Shown here piece by piece: positions 23,101 through 29,348 of a stretch of DNA of 37,258 nucleotides. Below the pieces are notes generated by a model that ran no database searches, was not told where the DNA came from, and was given only the letters and a program-made list of their open reading frames with translations. The translations under genes and the position numbers were made by a program. Source of the stretch: Klebsormidium nitens. Taxonomy: Eukaryota; Plantae; Klebsormidiophyceae. Position 1 is the stretch's first letter, and every line of letters begins with the position of its first letter. The stretch covers positions 1 to 37,258 of the forward strand of contig DF237005.1 of the NCBI GenBank assembly GCA_000708835.1. The letters run 5' to 3'.

Positions 23101-24109
23101 GGGGTTTTCATAGAGTACACGGATACGAGCTCAAGTAGACTGGATTTGCACTCCATATAAATCTTGTATCGGTTAGGAAACCGTGGGCGTTGAAATGGAT
23201 TCAAACAATCTCCTTCAAACGAGATATCGGCCGAACGTGAGGGACCAAGAAAAGGACGGTAGGCATTTTACCCGGGCAGTTGCTCTCAGCCGTTGACGGG
23301 TCAGCTTTGCCGTCGCACGTGCCGCAGGTACCCTTCTGCTTTAAAGACACCCCAAGACGGGGGTCGCTCAAGTCAGCAGCGTCTCGGATCTCGAGTATCG
23401 ATAGTTGCTGCAAAACACCAACATGCGATGGGGGTTTTTTGGCGAAGGAAAGAAAATGAGGCAAGGTCTGAGGCTCAAGCTCGAAAAAAGCGGGCAGTCT
23501 TTTCTGCTCGAACGAGTCTGTGAACCAAGGGAAACTGAAGCCTGGCTAGAAACGGCGCATCTGTGGAGGCGTTTAACCGGGTTCTTGAGAAGGCCCCTCG
23601 AGAGCTCTATACTGATGCCACGCCCAAAATGGAAAAGCGTTGAGTGATCTGGCCCACCTCGAAGCTAGTATCCTCTCATGAATTTGATTGAAAACACGTC
23701 CAAAACCTGATGTCAGAATCTTCCGCAGAATATCTCCCTGACCTAAGAAGATTGGATTCTAAACCATCTTTACCAGTGTTCCGGTCCAGAATGATCATAA
23801 ATCTCAGGTGCCCACTTTATCCTTTTCACTGTTCATTCCGAAACACAACCCAGAACTTGAATTGAGCAGTAAAGTTCAGAACTTGACGAACCCTATGAGT
23901 TGAGGCTCTTCCTGCTGAGTGGTCTACGCGACAAAGACTTTCTCCGATCAACCGCTTGTCGGTGAAGCGAAGGAGTACTCAAAATGAGGGGAAGCGAAGC
24001 AAAGTTTGAGACCCCTAGTTTTTGAGCCTTAAAGCGAAGTGCTCACTCGAAGCTCCTGGTCTCCCATCAGCCCGAACTCAATGCTCTGTACGGTGCCCAC
24101 TTCGGCCAT
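1528..24109 (-). CDS. NRPD1/NRPE1: RNA polymerase IV/V-type largest subunit (RPB1-derived), spliced gene, at least 3,510 aa
   Basis: Exons join in frame across canonical splice sites: 24047-24109, 23272-23407, 22673-22791, 21719-21964, [unresolved 21045-21718], 20889-21044, 20180-20356, 17612-19498, 16426-16949, 14518-15703, 13812-14020, 12979-13234, 10737-12419, 10049-10230, 9520-9670, 8561-8754, 7878-8026, 6785-7350, 6082-6255, 5179-5505, 3416-4800, 2594-2708, 1528-2175. RPB1-family motifs appear in order: LSDPRLG..CGTC..CPGHWGHIEL, FCVNC, RPEWL..VPPP, GKRSDYSGRSVISP, NRNPS, NGDFDGDEMNLHVPQ, AGSKGS, AGDAVG..AEP, LGIEAA, HLELVADKMT, GTG. These are followed by a GW/WG CTD and DeCL, with no YSPTSPS heptads. 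Confidence 0.92.
1672..2013 (-). repeat. Six degenerate 18-20 aa coding repeats (RF.PP.D.PA...(D)VS) after DeCL
   Basis: Units: RFRPPGDEPAKEHSGSRSVP / QFRPQGDQLAKEHSDFGSVL / RFHSPADGPAKTHPTLVS / RFRSPTDPPAEADPDKDVS / RVIPPREAPASESPGDVS / RFMPPGAVSPAGADPDHLS. Confidence 0.8.
2594..2708 (-). CDS. NRPD1/NRPE1: Pol IV/V subunit exon E21: DeCL domain core
   Basis: cctccag|G TAC...ATC AAG|gtggga; (R)YEISERLSPEDQQFVLEELLAYHEKAAEKIGCGVEAIK, typical DeCL (D..FVLE.LL.YH....K.G.GV..I.V). Confidence 0.9.
3416..4800 (-). CDS. NRPD1/NRPE1: Pol IV/V subunit exon E20: GW/WG-rich CTD (AGO-hook) and start of DeCL
   Basis: Open frame from acceptor tccag|CAG to CG|gtaag; 15 GW/WG motifs by manual count; ends DPLVTDLRAKRNWASTILRR and splices in frame to E21. 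Confidence 0.88.
4207..4689 (-). repeat. Three ~47 aa CTD repeats, each with three GW motifs
   Basis: DPGSGWDEPVEGTGWDIPREPKKAGNKSGTGWNGSEAPLQRGPAKES / DPGSGWGDPVEGTGWNLNTEPAQTVNNAGTGWKSVETPLERGPANES / GWGNPVGATGWGISIEPHQVKSPANRSGTGWNTPESCLERRPGSETG. Confidence 0.85.
5179..5505 (-). CDS. NRPD1/NRPE1: Pol IV/V subunit exon E19 (region H, end of catalytic core)
   Basis: ttgcag|AAT...CAT|gtaaga; APKILTDAAYAGQRDALTQPSARAGLGLPVASGTGGGFALL aligns to RPB1 region H (..L..AA.....D.......I..G....GTG.F.L). Confidence 0.88.
6082..6255 (-). CDS. NRPD1/NRPE1: Pol IV/V subunit exon E18
   Basis: ttcag|GAT...GAG|gtgagg; DLQEVYGDKVDRKHLELVADKMTASGKVLSLNMNGYK matches V..RHL.L..D.MT..G....N..G. Confidence 0.9.
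6785..7350 (-). CDS. NRPD1/NRPE1: Pol IV/V subunit exon E17
   Basis: ttgccag|GG TCT...GAG|gtgagg; GSSWVASAT..LTVTVE..LQTEG..MDPFRS..DVAESLGIEAA; contains a ~60 aa Gly/acidic insert (about 6920-7099). Confidence 0.85.
7878..8026 (-). CDS. NRPD1/NRPE1: Pol IV/V subunit exon E16
   Basis: ttgtag|G...GGA G|gttggc; RRNQALVDDPRRLVVRALLGWWTRKDAPFDKRMERFESKVREVLETNIG; phases fit both neighbours. Confidence 0.75.
8561..8754 (-). CDS. NRPD1/NRPE1: Pol IV/V subunit exon E15
   Basis: ttcccag|GGC CAC...AAA CG|gtgaga; GHVAECLRSTLAAKRR...; phase 0 in, phase 2 out as required. Confidence 0.75.
9520..9670 (-). CDS. NRPD1/NRPE1: Pol IV/V subunit exon E14
   Basis: cacccag|G CGC...TCG|gtaaga; RMLKEDRPTLTLTSYTWLEVDGSTRGVRLPNLVLDMNAAPALAILELRDS; supported by phase continuity, weak homology. 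Confidence 0.7.
10049..10230 (-). CDS. NRPD1/NRPE1: Pol IV/V subunit exon E13
   Basis: ttgcag|GAT...GT|gtgagg; DILTLKRDPLKGKTTAVNLAL...HLRPRSLEAAVASWRV. Confidence 0.8.
10737..12419 (-). CDS. NRPD1/NRPE1: Pol IV/V subunit exon E12: bridge-helix C-terminus, ~490 aa foot-position insert, degenerate trigger loop
   Basis: cttccag|GGC AAG AAC CTT ATG; KNLMFHLGDLTFDELGMVTSADGHVVRF...AGDAVGAAAAHALAEPLAQGVLDA...VK; donor is AAG|gcgagt (GC-AG). Confidence 0.85.
12546..12590. repeat. Perfect 14-bp intronic inverted repeat (hairpin)
   Basis: TGGCTCATCAATGA (12546-12559) and TCATTGATGAGCCA (12577-12590); AAAG/CTTT can extend the stem. Confidence 0.85.
12979..13234 (-). CDS. NRPD1/NRPE1: Pol IV/V subunit exon E11 (region F, bridge helix N-terminus)
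   Basis: ccctcag|G TGG...ATT|gtgagg; ...HKFIRTPLVSGARTRADHFFAQAMAERHSLVLKGTGNDLPYSI. Confidence 0.82.
13812..14020 (-). CDS. NRPD1/NRPE1: Pol IV/V subunit exon E10 (funnel, GSKGS)
   Basis: cctgcag|CGC...TG|gtgagg; NAFRALYEAGSKGSPANLQKMALAQGLQLWEG...RFLPHL matches RPB1 NN...M..aGSKGS..N..Q....GQQ..EG...R.LPHF. Confidence 0.9.
14518..15703 (-). CDS. NRPD1/NRPE1: Pol IV/V subunit exon E9 (region E plus ~310 aa funnel insert)
   Basis: gccccag|G TAC...GAG|gtgagg; YGAAAAVRFLDAATHFTRVFLDNRGFSLGLEDL, then a low-complexity insert, then EEAQSDVIRVFE. Confidence 0.87.
16426..16949 (-). CDS. NRPD1/NRPE1: Pol IV/V subunit exon E8 (pore)
   Basis: ctcgcag|ATG AAC CTT CAC...AT|gtgagc; MNLHVPQGPEACAEAQELL...QDSRLG...TADQILCAALP...GLVATLWR. 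Confidence 0.9.
17612..19498 (-). CDS. NRPD1/NRPE1: Pol IV/V subunit exon E7: region C, dock domain with ~450 aa GW/WG insert, Metal A site
   Basis: aatgcag|GCC...GAG|gtgagc; GKRSDYSGRSVISP..VEVP..ERVTSLNLPRL [insert] LRVGDVIERLLTEGDLVLWNRNPS...NGDFDGDE. Confidence 0.93.
18554..19045 (-). repeat. Four 43-47 aa tandem coding repeats (last one partial) with WG motifs inside the dock insert
   Basis: QRNGRTEMQRKEIDGTQPEVEGWGGGNGCGEVGGAEKQSSDEVRLEK / QRNGTGNQRNDDTGTQPEGDGGTRWGDVGGAEKQRSGDVVIEE / QRNGGQGTERNQDTGSQLGWGGGTGWGGVGDAGKQRSVEAGMDE / QRKSGTETKRNADLESQPVWGGGSGWGNVD. Confidence 0.88.
20180..20356 (-). CDS. NRPD1/NRPE1: Pol IV/V subunit exon E6 (clamp coiled coil)
   Basis: gattcag|GAC...AAG|gtgcgg; DHITRCLRSILAANKKLKQ matches RPB1 DDLT..L..I...N..L. 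Confidence 0.88.
20889..21044 (-). CDS. NRPD1/NRPE1: Pol IV/V subunit exon E5 (region B); 5' boundary uncertain
   Basis: VQRLFKKITDEEW...RPEWLVHSVLLVPPPHLR; donor GTG|gtaagc. The exon may extend upstream to about 21105 (RDLLLPLQ). Confidence 0.8.
21719..21964 (-). CDS. NRPD1/NRPE1: Pol IV/V subunit exon E4 (clamp head, CAVC zinc ligands)
   Basis: atgcag|CCG...GCG|gtaagc; ...LCAVCKKRADVEFRED; the donor choice is uncertain. Confidence 0.7.
22673..22791 (-). CDS. NRPD1/NRPE1: Pol IV/V subunit exon E3
   Basis: ttcgcag|GA CAC TGG; GHWGHIELVFPVFFPHLIPKVTQVLLSFCVNC matches GHFGHIEL..PVFH......L...C..C. Confidence 0.9.
23272..23407 (-). CDS. NRPD1/NRPE1: Pol IV/V subunit exon E2 (region A zinc site)
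   Basis: ttgcag|CAA...CCG G|gtaaaa; LSDPRLGV..CGTCDG...CPG. Confidence 0.9.
24047..24109 (-). CDS. NRPD1/NRPE1: Pol IV/V subunit first coding exon E1
   Basis: ATG at 24109; MAEVGTVQSIEFGLMGDQELR|gtgagc matches the RPB1-family N-terminus (V..I.FG.....E.R). It is too short to appear in the ORF track. Confidence 0.85.
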
Positions 24110-24111
24110 CC

Positions 24112-24210
24112 TCGTAGCTCGACTTCTCTGTCAAATTTGAAGCGTTTCAAAGCGCTCTAGGCTTTTCGTAGCTCGACACTTCTATGTACAATGTGAAGCG
24201 TGTCAAAGCG
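24112..24210. repeat. Imperfect direct repeat (~44 bp, two copies) immediately upstream of the ATG
   Basis: tcgtagctcgac--ttctctgtcaaatttgaagcgtttcaaagcg (24112-24154) vs tcgtagctcgacacttctatgtacaatgtgaagcgtgtcaaagcg (24166-24210). Confidence 0.75.
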
Positions 24211-25059
24211 GCCCAGAACCCCCTCTTTCTTTCGCAAACTTTTACAGTTTATCCCCTGCGCTTCCTAGGTTCCGCCGCAGACTCCAGCTTGCGAAGTTGA
24301 CCTTATCAGCTCGCCCCGCAGCACGGTGACTATCGGTAGCTCTCATCATCAGCCGAAGGTCTTGAGAGTAAGCCTACATTCCTAGCATTCTGCCAAGTCT
24401 GCATTGCATACAGACAATGCTGAGTGGCAAAAGCAGCTGGCCTTGCTTCCGACTGTCCGCATTATTCCTTTCTGACGGGTACGCGCGCCGGAAGAAACTC
24501 TGCTTCTTCTATCGTCGAGATTCTGGGCCTGGAGGGCTTGAGACAGCAGCTTTCGTTGTTTGAACATCCTCATTTGGTCACTTGGAATATGAAAGTACAG
24601 TCGAGGAGATGGATGAAAATGTTTCTCCTATGGTCCAGGAGATAAGGATGCGCTAATCTTACCGACCTTGCTTGACGACTGTGATAAGCTGGCAGCAGCT
24701 ATAAGATTGTCACATTTCGAGCTAGGTCGAAGCCTTTTATTTCGCAACCGGCAAGCACTCGCATCCATGCACTTTTGTCAAAGATCAACCCTCCAACTGC
24801 TTTGATCACCAAGTCTTGTACCTATTTAAGCCTGGAGCTGATTCGCGCCGCCCTTTGGCGGATCCTCGATTCCTGCCGCGAGCACTGACCATCTCATCAG
24901 ACGCAGACGAGTGACGAGGACACCCGCAGCTATTACTACTGGACTTGAGTTCGTTTCAGACACGTCATCATCCGACGAAGAGGCCCGCGCATACAAGCTA
25001 TGCAGCATCAGCAAAGACAAAAGCTCTTGTGCTTATGCTTGTACCGACCAGGTGCCCAC

Positions 25060-25345
25060 GCGCGCCTAATCTTTGACATTGCGCGCTGTATACTTAGGCT
25101 GGGGCCGTTCCCGGGTGCCGCGCGTTCTCGTCGCCGGGAACAAACGGTACCGACCCGAACGGTCCCGGTCAGGTTTACCCGTGGACCTGGTCGCCCGCGC
25201 AGATTGGAACCTCGGGCCGGCGGCCGGGGCCTGGGCCCCGGTACGCGGCCGGTACGTCGTCGGCGCACAGTGACATTTTCCGTGGCGGCCCCGGCCGCCC
25301 GCCGGCTGCCCAACTCGCGCGGCCGCGCGACCGGGCGGCCTCCGG
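25060..25345. promoter_or_regulatory. GC/CpG-rich island, putative bidirectional promoter
   Basis: Very GC-rich non-coding stretch between two divergent ATGs (24109 -, 25734 +); contains the 16-bp palindrome TCGCGCGGCCGCGCGA (25315-25330) and a TGGGCC site II-like motif. Promoter function is inferred. Confidence 0.5.
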
Positions 25346-25733
25346 TATCGCAACCGTTGCCTAATGGCTCGTAATCACCAAGGGAGCAACAAGTTGGTTG
25401 CGTCTTTCTTGGTACCGTACTGCCACGAAACCTTGCTCTTCTGCGTCACCACCCCGCACGTGCTCCCGCGCCCCACACCTGTCCTGCATTTGGGTTTGCA
25501 CAGTCTGCTCTCTACACGAATAGACTACATTCTCTTCACTCTAGCTCTGAGCTCTCTTACTCAGCTCATATAACTTCGGCGCCAAAGCTTGCATTCCTTC
25601 GATCAGCATCTCTTGTTCAAAGCAAATCTAACAAGCGCCCTTCTCATCTACTAGCAGCTTCGAGCAGCTCTCTATGCTCCCCTCTCAGCTTGCCCCAAAC
25701 TGCAGCTGAGGGTATTCACACCACTGCGCTCCC

Positions 25734-28430
25734 ATGGGGGGCTCGGCGCTGGGGGACGCCACTGATGGCCGGCGAAGATCCCCCGAGGAGTATGAGGCGA
25801 TCAAGAAGAGAGTTCTCGAGGTGGTAACCCCGCTTTACGACCGGGTCAAAGTCCCGAGGCACATCGCGGATAAGGAGGACTTTGGCGACCTGGATGTGAT
25901 GGTGCAGGGAGTAAGGAACCCAAAGCATGTTGAGATCATAAGGGAAAAGCTCCAGTCCAAAAAGGTGAGTTGCTCTGAAGGATGCTAGATCCGGAGCTGG
26001 AATCTGGGCTCTCAGGTGAAACGGCGCTAAAAGAAGATCCAGGTTATCTTTCTTATGTTTCTTGACCTTGGCCCCAAGCTCAAGCAACTAGACGACAAAA
26101 GCGTCTACAGTCACTTGAGCAGTGTGTTTGGAAGAACCATGTGACATAGAGGTTCCAAGTTTCTTCGAGACTCGTAACGTGGGCTGAGGCCCCGTGGGTA
26201 ATGTCTGAAATGCTTTGTTCAGGAAGGAACGGCCGCTGCAAGTCTTGTAGTGAAAGCTGCTTCAAGGAAACGACTCCGTTCTCAAGTAGCAGTGCTTCTT
26301 TGCATTTCGAAACTTACCCTTTACTTCAAGAAAACCTTTCACGACCATAAAGCACAGTAGCGTCTTCGTTCAGCAAGGTTCTAATGCCAAACACGGCGAC
26401 TTGCTTTGCGCTCTGCTCCCAACCAACTGAAGGCACTTTTCCGCTCCCAACCAACTGAAGGCACTTTCCCCGTCTTACAGGACCACAGGAACAGCGACAA
26501 CCACAGCTACGAGTTCGAAGGGTTTCAAGTGGACATCAGTAACGCAGGCCCGAATGACTTCGACATGTTTTGCGTATATCACGAGTTCGGCGACATGATG
26601 GGGCTGCTGGGCATGCAGGCCAGCTACGTGGGTCTCAAGCTGGGCCAGCAGGTGAGCTGCCGCCGTCGTTATATATGAACAAATCTTTATACTTTACAAG
26701 ATTCTTGCAAAGTACGGCTAACCGGAGACTCGCTTGGAACCTAAACAAACGCTGAATGTTAGCGGACAGACTGAAATTGACGGCTCCTGTGTACTTCTTG
26801 AAGTTCGAGAGTCTGTTCAGACAACCTAAGTAGGCGCTTTGGATCTCTCCTCCACTAACTGACTTTTCCCAATCTATTGGAACACTTACGTGTGGTCTTA
26901 TATCACTTTTGCTTGCGGATGATATTTTTGAAAGACAGTCAATTCAGTCAGTTCAAATAGAAGATGTCTTTGCCGGTGCGCTTCTCTGCACAGCTTTCCT
27001 TTTCATTGTTTTTCTGGCCCTGGGAACATCAGCCGGGCGAGTGCATGGCAAGCTGGACGGCAGGTTCGTCGAGTATAGCGTAATAAGACCCTCGCGCGTC
27101 TGCGTCAACTCATGTGGAGGTAAGTGAGCTTCGCCCGATGGAGACTCGCGACTTCCTTTAGCAATAAGCGAGACAGCGAGGCACTTACACTTATTTTCCC
27201 TCACCTCGGCCGCCTTTGCTTTTTGTCCAAAGACTAGAATCAAAATTCTTGTTACGCAGGGCCTGTATTTGCGGCTCGAGTCCAAGGACGCCGGCGAAGA
27301 GAACAACAGCCTGATAAAGCCGTACGAGCTCATCTTGACGACCGACCCCCTGAAGGCGTTCGCTTACCTGGGCTGCGACGTACAGCAGTACCAGAGAGGC
27401 TTCCAGACGCAACTAGAGATGGCGGAGTTCCTCTGTCGAACAAAGTTCTTCCGCCCGTACGTGTTCCGTCCGTCTGCGGCTAAGTACGACGCCCGGAGAA
27501 GGTCTGTCAGCTTGTCTCTCTGACTCTTTTCCTTCATTCAGCAGGCCGGAACGAACGACTGGCTTTAATAATAAGACTCTCATCATTTGCTTCAAAGCAG
27601 TGAAGCATCTGAGGATAAGCAAGGGATAAGAAAAGCATAACTTTCCTTGGAAAAAGCCCTCAGCTGCTCCGGATTTCCTGCTTTCAAACGCCCCTGACTA
27701 TGAAGTGCCAAGGACGCTAAAACGAAGCAACAGCGCCGCGCGCTGTTTGGCTTAGAAAGAGCAGAGAAGTGTCCGGAGCAACTGTAGGCGCGTCACTCGT
27801 TTGCATTCGCCGACCCCATTCCAAGTTGCATCACAAACAGCTGTGAACACGAGTTCTTGACGTACACCCGGGATCTCGCCATAGATCTTTCAAAATCCTG
27901 CTCTGATCACGGCTCCCTTCACCCTGTCAGTGCGTCCGAGATCTCAAATGTATTCCGACCAGAAATATCGTCGCATACTCTCTCCTGCTAAGCCCGCTTT
28001 CAAAATTCGTAAGGTCTGACACGAGTTTCTTTTCTTTCCGTTCAGATTGCTCCACCGACCAATGTGCATCTTCTTCCGGGACTACCTCGCCCTCCACTTC
28101 CCGGAACAGATGTTGGAAGAATTCCAACCGCCGCCTGAGCTCATACCCGATATAAAGGCCATACGCGATCAGGCCATCCGCGATTTCGGCAAGCAGGCCG
28201 AACGCGACACGTGGGAAGTAAAGGCGCGCCGCTTCCTCGGGCTGCGCCACAAGCTCCCCGGCAGTCTGCTTATGGAGGTTTCGGGGTATAAGGGCCCGGC
28301 ACTGGGCGAATTTAAGAAGGCGTTTCTGGCGCAGTGGTCGGACAAGGACGCGTTTGAGGACTTTCTGCTGGCCTCGACGGACGAGCAGATACGGACACGG
28401 CTACAGGCTTTTGCAGATGGTTATGGGTAG
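25734..28430 (+). CDS. Pol-beta-superfamily nucleotidyltransferase, 4 exons (25734-25964, 26481-26651, 27260-27501, 28046-28430), 342 aa
   Basis: All junctions are GT-AG and in frame (1,029 nt). KEDFGDLDVMV provides the DxD pair and FQVDI a third acidic residue. MGG start, G.L.G......GLK.G..GL, YLG.D...Y..GF.T...M.EF.....FF, RPM and the C-terminal G..LMEVSG.KG..LG.F.K.F recall an uncharacterised NTase family of phages, giant viruses, bacteria and fungi (from memory). Confidence 0.85.
26415..26467 (+). repeat. Exact 25-nt tandem duplication just upstream of an acceptor site
   Basis: GCTCCCAACCAACTGAAGGCACTTT at 26415-26439 and 26443-26467; the acceptor AG is at 26479-26480. Confidence 0.9.
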
Positions 28431-28867
28431 AGGGTGCACGGTCGAACTACTCCCAAATCAGGTTATAGATTTCAATGGTTAGCCTAGGCATCTGAACAGC
28501 ACGCCTCTAAATACACCGCTGCAGATTCTACCGCGACACCACCACGTTACTGCGATGATACTCCAAAAGATCTGGATCCCTATATGACTCAATCGTCAGC
28601 AAACCGCGTGGGTTATAGGCCGCTCAGTATTCGGGACACAAGTAGCTATCATTGCCAAACAACCATGTATGAAATGCTGAGCATGCTGCCACGTTACTTT
28701 CCATGTAGCTCCAGCTAGCATTCATGGTTGTTGCTTTTCTATCATCGGCAACACGATCTGGCGTGTGTGGCCTATGGGCTGCAACCGTCGTGCTTCCAGC
28801 TGGTGAATCTTATGTTTTCGCCCAAAACAGTGACATGTTCAAGATCCAATCACTAACTTATCCGCAG

Positions 28868-29103
28868 GATATTTCGCCATCAATATGAAAACCGCATGCA
28901 CCTATATATCCCGCATCGGGCCTTCGGCTATCATTACGGTCAACGATATAAGCTTCAGACATGGCTATGCTATCCAATGATCGCGCAGTGTGACCCGGAT
29001 GGTATAAGGAGCTGGACGGCACAAACACAACAGATCAGTATAACGATGATCAGCGGGACTGTCGGATCAGTGTATCTGAATGACGGCCTGATGGCGAAAT
29101 ATC
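28868..29103. repeat. Perfect 15-bp inverted repeat pair enclosing 206 bp; possible MITE remnant
   Basis: GATATTTCGCCATCA (28868-28882) and TGATGGCGAAATATC (29089-29103); no convincing TSD. Confidence 0.6.
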
Positions 29104-29348
29104 AGGTCATTTAGCAAAGAGATCGGATGATAAGGTGCCAGTAGAGCTGAGCTTACGAAAGGTATGCTGACGCGTGGCGCGGCGGGCCGTGCGCATGCTG
29201 CCTCGATTAACGTCAGCGACCATGAACTTAAGTAATTTTGCAGTGGTGCTACGTGCACGAATTTTTAAGGTCCGTCGCAGCTGATTCCGCGAAATCCAGA
29301 CGTTAATGTTCTTAACTTAAGAGCGTCCATCAAAAATAACACGGAGAC

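Noticed and set aside
1528-24109. Reading the large gene as bacterial rpoC, a viral polymerase, or canonical RPB1/RPA1/RPC1
   Set aside because: It has more than 20 spliceosomal introns, a DeCL domain and GW-rich CTD, no YSPTSPS heptads, and a Pol IV/V-type trigger-loop and bridge-helix divergence.
24826-25374. ORFs across the GC island (24826-25020 -, 25000-25374 +, 25008-25313 -)
   Set aside because: Arg/Pro/Gly-rich products are expected from very high GC; they have no recognisable motifs and the true first exons of both neighbours were found elsewhere.
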